Assembly (NCBI GenBank): GCA_963755715.1
Contig: CAVWLW010000036.1
Location: 32,001-96,000, forward strand
Origin: an uncultured delta proteobacterium
Lineage (GTDB): Bacteria; Desulfobacterota; Binatia; UBA9968
DNA: 64,000 bases
Reading direction: 5' to 3'
Position 1 is the first letter of the stretch; every line of letters begins with the position of its first letter. Positions 1-11,533 of this stretch are shown piece after piece. The position numbers were made by a program, and so were the translations under genes. The notes beneath the pieces were generated by a model. That model did no database searches. It was not told where the DNA came from and saw only the letters and a program-made list of their open reading frames with translations.

Positions 1-92
1 GTCTTGACGTGATAGCCTTCCTTGGAAAGGATTTCATATAAAAGTAAAAGCAAGTTTTCTTCGTCATCGACGACGAGAACAAACGATTCCAT
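1..92 (-). CDS. Response regulator receiver domain, N-terminal part (runs off window)
   Basis: Manual translation MESFVLVVDDEENLLLLLYEILSKEGYHVK; typical REC start VLVVDDE. Confidence 0.85.
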   Translation of the reverse strand, partial: MESFVLVVDDEENLLLLLYEILSKEGYHVK

Positions 93-402
93 ATGTCTTC
101 GACTTCCATACAGTTTGTGGGCTGAGCCTTACGTTATGCCGCCCATTTTGCCCGGAACGCTCACGAGAAGTATCTACGCAATTCGGATGCCCAAGTGACA
201 TTTGCCGTGATTGCCAACTCCGGGCGCGATACATTTGGTCTTCCCGCACCGCGCTAGGCGCTGCAATAATCAAGAATTGGAGCTCTGGGTAAAATCACCC
301 GCATATCTCCTTCTTTAAAATTTCCGACCCGTAGCAATTTAAGTACGGATTTAGGTGTGATAGCTCAGTAATACAACCAGACCGTAAGGAGAGACCACGG
401 TT

Positions 403-951
403 ATGCCGCACATAAGCCCGGTTTCGCAGGACGAAGCTTCTCAAGAGACCAAGGATGTATACGCCGATTTCGCGCGAAGAATGCTTTTTGCCCTACCTCC
501 TAATTTTATAAAGACGCAAGGTCATTCCGCGACAGTAGCGCGGGCCACTTGGGATCTTGTGCGAGGTGTGCTTGTAAGCGGACAGATTCCGCGTTGGATC
601 AAGGAAATGATGTTCGTCGCGATCTCAAAGGAACGCAATTGTCACTACTGCGTGGCGGCGCATCTTGCTTGTTGCCGGATGCTGGGAGTCCATCCTGACC
701 ATTTGGACGCTCTTGTTCGAGATATACGATCAAGTAAAGATCTAAAGTTACGAGACATGATTCTCTTCGCGGTTAAGTGCGCCACGGACCCCCAAAGTCT
801 TACGGGAGCCGATTATAAGCAGCTCCGTGATCATGGGCTAAAAGAATCGGAGATCGTGGAGGTCGTGGCAATGTCGGCCTTAGCTGTCTATGCGAACATT
901 ATTGCGGATGCCACTACGATGGAACCCGATCCTATCTTCGACAAGGTGTAA
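403..951 (+). CDS. AhpD/carboxymuconolactone decarboxylase family peroxidase-related protein
   Basis: KEMMFVAIS..NCHYCVAAH (CxxC...H) motif; AAGGAG RBS upstream. Confidence 0.85.
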   Translation: MPHISPVSQDEASQETKDVYADFARRMLFALPPNFIKTQGHSATVARATWDLVRGVLVSGQIPRWIKEMMFVAISKERNCHYCVAAHLACCRMLGVHPDHLDALVRDIRSSKDLKLRDMILFAVKCATDPQSLTGADYKQLRDHGLKESEIVEVVAMSALAVYANIIADATTMEPDPIFDKV

Positions 952-1423
952 TAACTGAATATACGCGACGCTTTGCCTTCGTTTAAGCCGTTTTCGTGCT
1001 GATTCGGACACGTCTTGCACCGGTATCGGACGGCTCCCAGAGCCACTGACACCCTCTCGAAAGATTCGCCTTCTTGCGACTAGAGCGCTGTTTTTTGCGG
1101 CTGGCGTCGCTTGGAGCGCTTCTCGCGACCGCCTTGGACAAAGTCGATGGCGATTTTTGGAAAGGGGCGTCGATAACGATGCCCCACTGTGCCATCCTAT
1201 TAGTATGAATAAAATAAAAGGATAAAGAAGACAGCTGCTAAACGCAGAGAAAAGAGCACGGAATGGACACTAGGCCAGCCGCTGGTTTTTCCCATAAAAA
1301 AGAAGAAGCCGCTACCGGCTCAGTTTAACCGGCAAGTATTGAACCGTACCTTCCAGGTATAGAACAGAAGAATGGCGGGCAAGGGAGAGACGAACTAAAC
1401 CGACAAACCGGATCGTTCCTTGT

Positions 1424-1795
1424 CTAAAGGCCCTGCATCGAACTGGATGGCCCGATCAAGCGTTGAATGATCGCAATTAGCGCCGCTGCATCAAGGGGCT
1501 TCGGTATAAATTCTACCGACCCGTTCATCATGGTCTTTGCTGCATCTTGGGACAGGTAACCGGACGTGAGAATTATCGGCATATTGGGCCATTTGGCACG
1601 AATGCGGGCAACCAGCGCATACCCGTTTAGCTTCGGCATCAATATATCCGAAACGACTAAATCGCAGGGTAGATCCTCAAGCAAAGATAGCGCTTCAAGT
1701 CCGTCGGCTGCTTCCAGGACTGCGTAACCGGCGTGTCTGAGGATTCTAGCGAAAACTTCCCGAGCCCTCTCTTCGTCTTCTACGAGGAGAATCAT
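1424..1795 (-). CDS. Single-domain response regulator
   Basis: ILLVEDE, DILMPKLNG, TSG, FIPKP motifs. Confidence 0.9.
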   Translation of the reverse strand: MILLVEDEERAREVFARILRHAGYAVLEAADGLEALSLLEDLPCDLVVSDILMPKLNGYALVARIRAKWPNMPIILTSGYLSQDAAKTMMNGSVEFIPKPLDAAALIAIIQRLIGPSSSMQGL

Positions 1796-1945
1796 AAATG
1801 CCCCACATTATATAGAACTTCCGAATGGGAATACAAGCTATATCATGTGGTTAAACACGGTCTTGCGACTCGATGCAGTAATTTTTACACTGTAGATAGT
1901 GCGCGAAGCCAAAGGACACGTTTCGAATTACAGCAGAGAACACAA

Positions 1946-2176
1946 ATGGATCGGCTAGACAACGAAGAGATCGGCATCATCTGGGCGCGGCACTATCCTA
2001 AGCGCGCCGAGAACGGGTCGTCAAAGTCGCTCTGCTTGTCACTCGCTATGGTAATTCGGCTCCGGGCCAGGTCGATGACTCAGCAGAGCGATTGGTCCGA
2101 TAAACTAGAGCATATCCTTGCCGATGCTCGAATTCCCAAAGAACAGTTTGCTACGATCGAAAACGAGTCAACGTGA
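1946..2176 (+). CDS. Hypothetical protein
   Basis: ATG at 1946 inside ORF 1733..2176, GAGA upstream; no recognisable motif. Confidence 0.45.
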   Translation: MDRLDNEEIGIIWARHYPKRAENGSSKSLCLSLAMVIRLRARSMTQQSDWSDKLEHILADARIPKEQFATIENEST

Positions 2177-2333
2177 ATTCAGTCAGGCTGGAATCAGCCA
2201 ACCAAACGCGGGTGGCTTCTGCTCCACAAGTGATCGTACAGCACCGGTGTTGACCGCGCCTCTTCCTCGTCGGAGTTAAAAAGTGCAGCGCCGAAATCAA
2301 CTCTCGCAGTGGGAGGGCCGGTTTGAACGAAAT

Positions 2334-3425
2334 CTAGACAACGACTCCGTTCGCCTTGAGCGCGGCCTGGTAGCGTTGAGAGATTTCCGGGTCTTCGTTT
2401 TCGTAGGGAATCATCCAGCCGCCTTCATCGACGCTGCGAAACACGTCGTCGTCGGTCTTCTGGTGCGAGACTTTGAACCCGAGTGGATGAATCCGGCTGC
2501 CGTAGCGCACCGCCAAGTGGCGCGCCGGCTCTTTGCCGGTATTGAAATGTTGGTGAAACCAGTCGCCGGGCGGGCAATAAATGCTCCCTTCACCCCATTT
2601 GATGTCGATTACTTGATCTTCGTGGCCGTCGGTATAGGGGTGCATGCCCCACTGTTTGTGCCACAACAGAACGTAACCGATCGATTGCGTGCCGACGATG
2701 ATTGCGCCGGGGCCATGATAGTGCGCCTTGTGATATTTGCCCACCGGCCACTCGCCGAGATGGCCGACTAAAGCGTTGCCCGACATCTCGAACTGCGCCA
2801 GGCGCAAGCCGGCGCCTTTGACTTCGAGGCTTTCAAGCATCGCCGATTTGATATCGGGAATGAAATTAGTTTCCCAGATATTGATCATGCCGCTCACGTA
2901 GCGCTTTTTGCCGACTTCGAAATAATCATCTTCGCCGTAGTAGCGATCCTTAAAACTGTATGGACAATTGAAAATAAAATCCTCGTCGCGATAAATATCG
3001 AAGGCGAGCGGCGCGTTGGTCACGGCGAGAAAACGCACCGGTTCACGCGAGCCGTTGAGCAAGCGATGCGTCGTGTTCAGCGGCGGCGCAAACAAGCTCC
3101 ATTTGTTCCATTCGAACATTTTCTTGTTGCCATGATCATCCCACAACTCCGTCGCGCCTTGGCCGTTGAGAATACAAATGACTTCCTCATATAAATGTCG
3201 CTCCGGTTTGAGCGCGTCGCCGGGCGCAATCTCACCGATATAGCTCCCGGTGATGCCTTGCATGCCGTGCAACTGCACAAACGCCGCCTGGCCGCCCAGG
3301 CGCGCATACGGCGCCACTTCAAGCGCGCGCAGATCGGCCATGCCGTGGCCCGAGTGAATGGGCAACCCCTGGCTTTTCATCCAACGCACGTAACCGGTTT
3401 TTTGATTGAGCGGCGCAATGTCCAT
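2334..3425 (-). CDS. Bicupin domain protein
   Basis: Two cupin motifs: ERHLYEE...HRLLN and HKAHYHGPGA...WFHQHFN. Confidence 0.8.
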   Translation of the reverse strand: MDIAPLNQKTGYVRWMKSQGLPIHSGHGMADLRALEVAPYARLGGQAAFVQLHGMQGITGSYIGEIAPGDALKPERHLYEEVICILNGQGATELWDDHGNKKMFEWNKWSLFAPPLNTTHRLLNGSREPVRFLAVTNAPLAFDIYRDEDFIFNCPYSFKDRYYGEDDYFEVGKKRYVSGMINIWETNFIPDIKSAMLESLEVKGAGLRLAQFEMSGNALVGHLGEWPVGKYHKAHYHGPGAIIVGTQSIGYVLLWHKQWGMHPYTDGHEDQVIDIKWGEGSIYCPPGDWFHQHFNTGKEPARHLAVRYGSRIHPLGFKVSHQKTDDDVFRSVDEGGWMIPYENEDPEISQRYQAALKANGVVV

Positions 3426-3550
3426 AATTTTCTCCTCTAATACGCTGCCACTATCTATCTCCGAATTCGGTGCAATCTCAAGGCTGGTACGTGGTCAAGC
3501 ATAGCAGTCGTACGAATTGCGACTCACGATATTATTCCGAGGCCACAAGC

Positions 3551-4627
3551 CTAGGAATTCGCCTCTCTTGACTGATCTGGCTTGTACCAGAACTCCGGGT
3601 TGCTCTTGAAAATATTCTTGGGAATCCTCGCGTAGACCAGGTTGACGATATCCACCGCCTCGCCGATACCAAGATCGACGGCCAGGCTCGATAACGCGTA
3701 GGCGTCGGCCGCGCTCATGCCTTTTTCGCTTTGCAAAAAATCGATCGCTTCCTGGAGCGCAATCCGCGTCGCTTCGTTCAAGTCCGTGCTCAAGCCGGTG
3801 GTGAGATAATCCGTCGCGGTTTCGACCCGCGGCTGCTTGAGCGTCTTTTTCTTGTGCACGATAAATTGCAGCGTCGGCTTGAGCGAGATCTCGATCGCGC
3901 CGCCGTCGACCTCGCCGTCGCCTTGCACGGCGTGGCCGTCGCCGGTAAAAAATTGACCGCCCTTGTTAAAAACCGGCAAAAACAGCGACGAGCCGATGCC
4001 GGTGAACTTGAGATCGATGTTGCCGCCCCAGGCGCCCGGCGGCGTGGACGACACCATGCCCAAGCTCGTCGGCGGCGACACCGCCATGATACCCATGAAA
4101 GGATTGAGAGGGATTTGGATATCATCCGAAAACAGCGCGATGCGGCGTTCCAAATCGAGGCGAATCAGCTTGGCCGACGGCTCTTGGAGCAACTTTGGCA
4201 ACACACCTTTGCCGGGGCCGGTATTGTTCACGCCGTAAGGCACGCGGAACTTGATGTCGAGCACGCGCACTTCGAGCGTGTCGCCCGGCTCCGCCTCTTC
4301 GACGTAAATCGGTCCGGTGAGGATATGCACGCTGGCACCTTTGGGACGTTTCACCTCCGCATAGACGGATTTGGCATCGGCGAGCACTTCATGATTTGGG
4401 ATTCCGTAAGCACCGAAGAACTTCTCTGGATCTTTGTTGGTCGTCAGTCCTTGGTGCGACAGCGCTTCGATCTCGACAACCTGACCGGACTTGATCGTCA
4501 GCGCGGGCGCCAGGTTGGCGGCGATATAACCCCAGAGAACCGTGTCTGAAGTTGAGTGGAGTGTCGCGTCCGGCGCGATCGGTGGATTGACCGGCCGGCG
4601 ACGTGAATCCGAGAAAATTTCGTTCAT
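3551..4627 (-). CDS. Acetamidase/formamidase family protein
   Basis: HILTGPIYVEEAEPGD, GGNID, GDGHAVQGDGEV motifs. Confidence 0.9.
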   Translation of the reverse strand: MNEIFSDSRRRPVNPPIAPDATLHSTSDTVLWGYIAANLAPALTIKSGQVVEIEALSHQGLTTNKDPEKFFGAYGIPNHEVLADAKSVYAEVKRPKGASVHILTGPIYVEEAEPGDTLEVRVLDIKFRVPYGVNNTGPGKGVLPKLLQEPSAKLIRLDLERRIALFSDDIQIPLNPFMGIMAVSPPTSLGMVSSTPPGAWGGNIDLKFTGIGSSLFLPVFNKGGQFFTGDGHAVQGDGEVDGGAIEISLKPTLQFIVHKKKTLKQPRVETATDYLTTGLSTDLNEATRIALQEAIDFLQSEKGMSAADAYALSSLAVDLGIGEAVDIVNLVYARIPKNIFKSNPEFWYKPDQSREANS

Positions 4628-4743
4628 GGTCGAGATCCTTTCAGGGCAGCGAACAACAAATCGCCATCCATCGCGGTCAAAACAAAGGGCAGTGAAGACG
4701 TTGATGCTCCACTGCCCTTTACCCTTAAACCTAAAAGACGCGG

Positions 4744-5490
4744 CTAATCGCGGATTGCCAGCGCGCCGCCGTCTACCGGCAGGTCGACGGCATAAATGAA
4801 ATCCGATTCATCGCAGGCGAGAAAGACCGCCGCTTTGGCGATATCCATCGGCACGCCACGCCGGCCCGCCAGGTTTTTAACGAAGCGGTTTTCCGGAATA
4901 TCCTGTTGGCCGACGGGCGAACCGATGCGATTCGGTGAGATCGAATTCACGCGGATTCCCTCGGGCGCCAGCTGTACGGCGATAGAACGCGTGAGATTCA
5001 GGACCCCGGCTTTTGCGGTTGTATAAGCCGTCGCCTCTTTGCGGCCCCAGTGACCCGATGTCGAAGCGATGTTGATGATCTTGCCTTTGCGCTTTTGCTC
5101 GATCATCGCTTTGGCCGCGGCGCGGGTACAGTACCAAACGCTTCTGAGACAGACGTTCATGACCCGATCCCATTCTTCTTCGCTGATATCGAAGAGCGTC
5201 TTGTGATCGGTCCATGCCGCATTGTTGACTAAGATATCGACGCCGCCGAATTGCTTGACCACGGTCTGCACCATGCTGTCGACCGACGCAGGCGAGGCAA
5301 CGTCGCAGACGACCGAGATCGCCTTGCCCGGGCTTTTGGCGTTGATCGCTGCCGCGACGGCGCTTCCGCGCCCCGGGTCCAAGTCCACGATGGCGACTTT
5401 TGCGCCTTCTTCGACAAACAATTTACTGATGTCTTCGCCGATGTTGCGCCCGGCGCCGGTCACGATGGCGATTTGATCCTTCAATCTCAT
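4744..5490 (-). CDS. SDR family oxidoreductase
   Basis: TGAGRNIG, NNAA, YTTAK motifs. Confidence 0.92.
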   Translation of the reverse strand: MRLKDQIAIVTGAGRNIGEDISKLFVEEGAKVAIVDLDPGRGSAVAAAINAKSPGKAISVVCDVASPASVDSMVQTVVKQFGGVDILVNNAAWTDHKTLFDISEEEWDRVMNVCLRSVWYCTRAAAKAMIEQKRKGKIINIASTSGHWGRKEATAYTTAKAGVLNLTRSIAVQLAPEGIRVNSISPNRIGSPVGQQDIPENRFVKNLAGRRGVPMDIAKAAVFLACDESDFIYAVDLPVDGGALAIRD

Positions 5491-5713
5491 GAAATCCTCC
5501 GGTTGAATTGCTTTTCCCGGTGCATAGCAGATGCATCTGGAAAGTTCCAGACGCTAAAATCAAAGCGTCGCAAAGCAGAAATGTCGAGCCCATTCGAACC
5601 TGAAAAGGTGGAAGCAATAGTCAAAAGGAGCGAGGTAAACCGAAAATCGTCAATGCAGCGAAATCTAGTGTCCTGTCTCTGAAGTTAGCTAAACAAGTCG
5701 TTCACGTCTTAGC

Positions 5714-5802
5714 CGTCATACCGGCGGACGCCGGTATCCAGATGCTTTGAAAATCCTGGATTCCGGGTCGCGCTGGCCTTCGCCAGCTTGCCCGGAATGA
5801 CG
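5714..5802. repeat. REP-like palindromic element (GTCAT.CCGG...CCGGAATGAC family)
   Basis: Paired hairpins cgtcataccggcggacgccggtatccag ... ctggattccggg...cccggaatgacg; relatives at 44038 and 58620. Confidence 0.75.
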
Positions 5803-5821
5803 ATCGAATCGCCGGCTAAGA

Positions 5822-6850
5822 CTAAAGGCTGACCTTTTCGGTGTAGAGATCTTTCAAAAACTGGCTATTCTTGAGCTCATCGAAGAAGCGCGGCTCGCTG
5901 ATATCCGCCGGTTTTAAGTTTTTGGTGCGCTGGTCGGCGGCCGCGCCGACATCGACGAGCGCCTGAAGCGCTTCGCTGTTTAACTCCGGCAGCGGTCGAA
6001 GCTGCGCCGAAAAAGCATCGTACATGGCATCGACGCTGATGGCTTGATTGCCGGGGAAATATTTCTTGAGGATAGACAAGCTTTCTTCTCGCTTAGAAAC
6101 GAAATATTGGATTGCCGCCGCGTAACCCTGCATGAAGCGGCGCACCGTGACCTCGTCTTTTTTGATGAAAGAACGAGTGGTCATTAACAGATCCGTCACT
6201 ACCGGCACCGGCTTCATCTCAATAATCTTGATGCCGAGCTTCTGCGCCTCCGCCGCAACTTCTTGATTCAGAGGCACACCTTGAACGAGATTCTTTGACA
6301 GAGCGAGCGCTCGGGCCGGAGCCAGGCCCGCGGCGACCATTTCAACATCCTTGGATGGGTCCAGACCGGCGCGCCGCAGCATGACCCGCGCGATCAAATC
6401 CGATCTCGCCCCGAGCGCCGACACACCGACCTTTTTCCCCTTCAAGTCCTTCAGAGCGCTGATCGCCGTCCCGACGCCCATGCCGTATTGATCGAAACTG
6501 ACGTGAGAACCGATGACCGTGATATCGGAGCCGCTGGCGAGCGGTTGCAAAAGGGCCAAGGGGTTGCCGAAGCCAATTAACAGATCGACGCCGATCAGCG
6601 ATTGCACGCCGGCACTGAGAGTATCGCGGATCGGCAGCTCTTCGATTTCAAGCCCGTGTTTTTTAAAAAGCCCGGAGTCGACGCCGATATAGGCGACGGC
6701 GGTGCCGACTTCCCAACCGGCGTAGGCGAGACGCAACTTCTTGAGGCTCTCCGCCGCGCCGGCGGGACCGACGACGTTCATGACTAAAATCAACGCGGCG
6801 CACAGCGCAGTAAGAAATCTTTGGCGAGTTAAAAGTTGCAATTTGATCAT
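5822..6850 (-). CDS. ABC substrate-binding protein, SsuA/NMT1-THI5 type
   Basis: Signal peptide, GLFKKHGLEIE, LKGKKVGVS; start moved to ATG 6850. Confidence 0.85.
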   Translation of the reverse strand: MIKLQLLTRQRFLTALCAALILVMNVVGPAGAAESLKKLRLAYAGWEVGTAVAYIGVDSGLFKKHGLEIEELPIRDTLSAGVQSLIGVDLLIGFGNPLALLQPLASGSDITVIGSHVSFDQYGMGVGTAISALKDLKGKKVGVSALGARSDLIARVMLRRAGLDPSKDVEMVAAGLAPARALALSKNLVQGVPLNQEVAAEAQKLGIKIIEMKPVPVVTDLLMTTRSFIKKDEVTVRRFMQGYAAAIQYFVSKREESLSILKKYFPGNQAISVDAMYDAFSAQLRPLPELNSEALQALVDVGAAADQRTKNLKPADISEPRFFDELKNSQFLKDLYTEKVSL

Positions 6851-7127
6851 GGTCAAATCATAGCCCACAATCGTGGGTCCGCCAAGGGCCGAAGTTAAGA
6901 CCGTGCAGCGGCCCCAACACCGCTCCCGGATCGACTTTGCCGTCAGCCGCTTGATTCGTGGCAACCGGACTTGGACGTTTTGGAGCGATATGGAAAGCCG
7001 TTAGTATTCCCGTCCGGGAATCTGCACGTAATTTAAATGATACCGGTGTGGTTTCTTGCAGATTCCACGTCGACAGGTTAGCGTTAAAGACGCAAAATTT
7101 CATTACCGAGGTACATCATTTAAATTC

Positions 7128-8811
7128 ATGAGCCCTGAACCCAACAAAGTTATCTATTCGATGGTCGGCGTCAGCAAGTTCTACGACAAACGCGCCGTCC
7201 TGAAAAACATCTATCTCTCGTATTTCTATGGCGCGAAGATCGGCGTGATCGGACTCAACGGCTCGGGCAAATCGTCGCTGCTGCGCATCATGGCCGGCGT
7301 CGACAAGGAGATCAACGGCGAGGCGGTTTTATCGCCGGGCTATACCGTCGGTTATCTGGAGCAGGAACCCTTGATCGACGACTCGCGAACCGTGCGCGAA
7401 GTCGTCGAAGAGGCCGTGCAAGAAACTGTCAATCTGCTGAAAGAGTTTGAAGAGATCAACGCCAAGTTTGCCGAAGAGATGTCCGACGAGGAAATGAATA
7501 AGCTGCTCGAGCGCCAAGGCGAAGTACAGGAGAAGCTCGATCATCAGGGCGCGTGGGACCTCGATGCGCGGCTGGAGATGGCCATGGATGCGCTGCGCTG
7601 CCCGCCGCCGGACACCGCGGTGAAGATTTTGTCCGGCGGAGAACGGCGCCGAGTGGCCTTGTGCCGGTTGCTTCTGCAAAAACCCGACATTCTTCTGCTC
7701 GATGAGCCGACCAACCACCTCGATGCCGAGTCCGTCGCCTGGCTCGAGCATCACCTGCAAAGTTATCCGGGCACGATCATCGCCGTTACGCATGACCGGT
7801 ATTTTCTGGACAACGTCGCCGGCTGGATTCTGGAACTCGATCGCGGCGAGGGCATCCCGTTCAAAGGCAACTACACGTCGTGGCTGGAACAAAAGCAGGA
7901 GCGTCTGCGTCAGCAGGAAAAGTCTGAAAGCGAGCGGCAGAAGACGCTGCAGCGCGAACTCGAATGGATTCGCATGTCGCCGAAGGCGCGGCAAGCCAAA
8001 GGCAAAGCGCGCATCACGGCTTATGAATCATTGCTCGACCAGGAGGCACAGAAGCGGCGCGAAGATTTGGAGATCCCCATTCCGCCCGGGCCGCGCCTGG
8101 GCAACGTCGTAATCGAAGCGGAAGGCGTCGCCAAAGGGTACGGCGACAATCTGCTGGTCGACGACATGACCTTCAAACTGCCACCCGGCGGCATCGTTGG
8201 CGTGATCGGTCCCAACGGCGCCGGCAAGACGACGTTATTTCGCATGGTCACGGGACAGGAGCAGCCCGATAAGGGAAAGATCCGCATCGGTGAAACCGTC
8301 GCCCTAGCTTATGTCGATCAGAGCCGCACGCTCGATCCAAAGAAATCGATTTGGGAAGAGATCAGCGGCGGCGCGGATTTATTGAAAATCGGCGCTCGCG
8401 AACGTCAACTCGCGCGCGTACGTGGCGCGCTTCAATTTTTCCGGCACGGATCAGCAAAAGAAGGTGGGAGCGCTGTCGGGAGGCGAACGCAATCGGGTTC
8501 ATCTGGCGAAGATGTTGAAAGAGGGCGCCAACGTCTTGTTGCTCGACGAACCGACCAACGACTTGGATGTGAACACGCTGCGCGCGCTGGAAGAGGCGCT
8601 GGAAAACTTCGCCGGCTGCGCGGTGGTGATCTCGCATGATCGCTGGTTTCTCGATCGGATCGCGACGCATATTCTCGCCTTCGAAGGCGACAGCAAGGTC
8701 ATCTGGTTCGACGGCAACTATTCAGAATACGAGGCTGATCGGAAGGCGCGGCTTGGCGCCGAAGCGGATCAGCCGCATCGGATCAAGTATCGACCGTTGA
8801 CGCGAGGTTAA
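7128..8811 (+). CDS. ettA: Energy-dependent translational throttle protein EttA (ABC-F); +1 frameshift near 8403
   Basis: [20 protein letters not shown], two ABC domains, RELEWIR linker; second half continues in ORF 8422..8811 after one extra base in gaacgtc. Confidence 0.93.
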
Positions 8812-9165
8812 CGGGGCATAATGTCTTGACTGTCTGAAGATCGCTTTGGCGGAAGTCGGTGAGCCGGTCAATTAGCCGTGGATTGCGGATTTCATCCACT
8901 CATCGGCGCCATTCCAACGCCGCAAAGCAGCGAACGTTTGTTTTCAAAGCAGCGCGGCCGCTCCGACCTTTTCGCGCAAGCGATCTCGGCCCTGTAAATC
9001 CACTTTCCCGGTCTCGACCCGTGAGCTGGCGCCGCTTCTGCGCCACTTATTGAATCCTTCGCGCCGCACCTGATAAGGCATCTATCCAAGACCGGCAGCG
9101 CTTGACAGGCAAGGCGGCGCCGCGCAATTGTACGGTTTGAATTCTATGAATTGTCGAGCGAGGCC

Positions 9166-10137
9166 ATGAGCACCCAAACCCTGGAAATCGAATTTCCCGT
9201 AATGCGCTACGACGTTACCATGCCGCTCCTGGAAGGGCGCGTGGCCATCGACGGCGTACAGTTGAAGCCGGTCAAATCGTCGTCGATGATCAACAAAGAA
9301 GATGTCAAGATGAAAGCCGGCGACTTCGGTCTGATGGATTTAAACATCGGCTATTTCCTGCCGGCCATCGAAGCCGGCTGGGAAATCATCGGCCTGCCGG
9401 TTTTCTCCAAGCGCAAGCCCGTCTATCAACTGATCTTCTGCCATGCCAACGCCGCCATCAACGCACCGAAAGATCTTGAAGGCAAACGCATCGGCTCGCG
9501 CACTTATCGAACCGCGCTGACTGTGTGGGCAAGAGGCTTGTTGGGTGAACGTTACGGTGTCGACTTTTCCAAAGTCCAATGGGTGCTGCAAGCCAAGGAA
9601 GTTTTTCCAGTCCACGACACAAACGCCAGGATCGAGTACGTCGACGAATCCAAAAATATGTCGCAACGCCTCATCGCCGGCGAATTGGATGCCATCATCA
9701 CTGATATTTCCGACACCAAGATGTTTGAAAATCTCGAAGGTCATCCCCAAATCAAGCGCTTGTTCGCCGGTTATCTCCACGAGGATCAAAAGCTTTATCG
9801 GGAAACCGGGATTTTTACGCCGGTGCATATGATCGTCATGAGCCGCAAGCTCGACCGCGAGCACCCTGAGCTCGCCGCTAAGTTCTACGCCGCCTTTGAA
9901 AAAGCCAAACAGATCGCCTACGACGATATCCTAAGCGATCGCGGCGGCTTCTCAGTGATCTATTTAAGAGAGCGAATGAAAGAGCAAACGGCCGCCTGGG
10001 GCGATCCGTGGAAATACGGCATCAAAGCGAACAAGACCACGATCGACGCTTTTATCAAGTACAATGTCGAGCAAGGCATGATCCGCTCGGCGCCGTCCTA
10101 TGACGAAATCTTCGCCTCGGGCACGCTCGATACGTGA
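9166..10137 (+). CDS. 4,5-dihydroxyphthalate decarboxylase (Pht5/OphC)-like protein, SBP fold
   Basis: YDVTMPLLEGRV, LPVF..R, TGIFTPVH, DPWKYGIKAN motifs; no signal peptide. Confidence 0.75.
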   Translation: MSTQTLEIEFPVMRYDVTMPLLEGRVAIDGVQLKPVKSSSMINKEDVKMKAGDFGLMDLNIGYFLPAIEAGWEIIGLPVFSKRKPVYQLIFCHANAAINAPKDLEGKRIGSRTYRTALTVWARGLLGERYGVDFSKVQWVLQAKEVFPVHDTNARIEYVDESKNMSQRLIAGELDAIITDISDTKMFENLEGHPQIKRLFAGYLHEDQKLYRETGIFTPVHMIVMSRKLDREHPELAAKFYAAFEKAKQIAYDDILSDRGGFSVIYLRERMKEQTAAWGDPWKYGIKANKTTIDAFIKYNVEQGMIRSAPSYDEIFASGTLDT

Positions 10138-10212
10138 TCGATCTTGACGGCTTGAACTATTGGAACGACTTGAACGTTTTTAGCCCTTGAATAACTTAGT
10201 GAGAGGTTCTGT

Positions 10213-11496
10213 ATGTTATCGAGAGAAGATAACGATTTAGTCACTCAGACCAATCAGGGAACGCCGATGGGCAATCTGATTCGGCGCTACTGGGTCCCGG
10301 CGTTGCTCTCGGAAGAAATTCCCGCCGCCGACTGCCCGCCCGTACGCGTAAAGCTTATGGGCGAAGATCTGGTTGCGTTTCGCGACACTCAAGGACGCAT
10401 CGGTCTCGTCGGCGAGCACTGCGCCCACCGCGGCACGTCGCTTTTTTTCGGCCGCAACGAAGAGTGCGGTCTGCGCTGTATTTACCATGGCTGGAAATAC
10501 GACGTTGAGGGTAATGTCGTTGACACTCCCGCGGAACCCGCTGATAGCGATTTTCGCAAGAAGCTCCGCCACACGGCGTATCCCACGCATGAAACCAATG
10601 GCGTTATTTATGCTTACCTCGGTCCGCGCGAATTGATGCCGCTCTTTCCCAACTACGAATGGACCCAAGTGCCACCGGAGTTTTCTTACGTGACCAAAGC
10701 TTTACTGGAGTGCAATTACCTCCAGGGCCTCGAAGGCGAGTGCGATTCGTCCCATTTGTCCTTCTTGCATCGCGCCTTTACCAACGAGCGCAATCAGCCC
10801 CTCTACAAAAGCGACACCGCGCCGTTTTATGAAACCGAAGACACCGACTTCGGCGTCCGTTTAATCGCCACGCGCAACTTCGACAACCAACACTACATCC
10901 GTTTCTCCGCCTTCATCATGCCGGTGTATGGCTGCGTGCCGGCAGGACGGCCGACCAATGAACTGGAAGGCTATGAAATCCACACCTACGTGCCGGCCGA
11001 CGACACGCACTGCTGGCGCTACGATATCGGCTTTCGCCGCGACCGCGCCGTGAGCGACGACGAGGTGCACCGGCGCAAACAGATCAATCCCGACTACACC
11101 CGGATTCGTAACGCGCGTAATAATTATCTCCAGGATCGCCAGATGCAAAAAAAGATAAATTTCACGGGCATCGAGGATTTTCTCAATCACGACGCGTGCG
11201 CCACGGAGAGCATGGGCGCAATCTTCGACCGCAGCCGGGAGCATCTCGGCGTCAGCGACAAGGCCGTCATCGCCGTGCGCAGGTTTCTTCTCACCAGCGT
11301 GAAGGAGTTCAACACCGGCAAAGAGCCGCCGCATATTTTGCGCGATGTCGCTCGCAATTGGTTCCCGCACATCGACTGTTTCGCGCACATGCTCGGCCGC
11401 GAAGTGCCGTGGCGGCAGCACTTCAATTATTTGACGGCGACGGCAGAAAAAGAAAATCCGGCGTCTTACACCGCGCGCCGCAAGGCGGCATCGTGA
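10213..11496 (+). CDS. Rieske non-heme iron oxygenase alpha subunit, phthalate 4,5-dioxygenase/LigXa-like
   Basis: CAHRG...CIYHGW Rieske motif; DSSHLSFLH iron ligands; EHLGVSD tail; GTPMG N-terminus. Confidence 0.9.
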   Translation: MLSREDNDLVTQTNQGTPMGNLIRRYWVPALLSEEIPAADCPPVRVKLMGEDLVAFRDTQGRIGLVGEHCAHRGTSLFFGRNEECGLRCIYHGWKYDVEGNVVDTPAEPADSDFRKKLRHTAYPTHETNGVIYAYLGPRELMPLFPNYEWTQVPPEFSYVTKALLECNYLQGLEGECDSSHLSFLHRAFTNERNQPLYKSDTAPFYETEDTDFGVRLIATRNFDNQHYIRFSAFIMPVYGCVPAGRPTNELEGYEIHTYVPADDTHCWRYDIGFRRDRAVSDDEVHRRKQINPDYTRIRNARNNYLQDRQMQKKINFTGIEDFLNHDACATESMGAIFDRSREHLGVSDKAVIAVRRFLLTSVKEFNTGKEPPHILRDVARNWFPHIDCFAHMLGREVPWRQHFNYLTATAEKENPASYTARRKAAS

Positions 11497-11533
11497 AGCC
11501 GCTTCGGTGCAACTTACAAAACCGGAAAGAACT

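Noticed and set aside
983-1195. 70-aa basic ORF
   Set aside because: No motif and weak RBS; cannot be supported as a gene.
8390-8425. Programmed frameshift in ettA
   Set aside because: No slippery sequence; same pattern as the many other single-base insertions.
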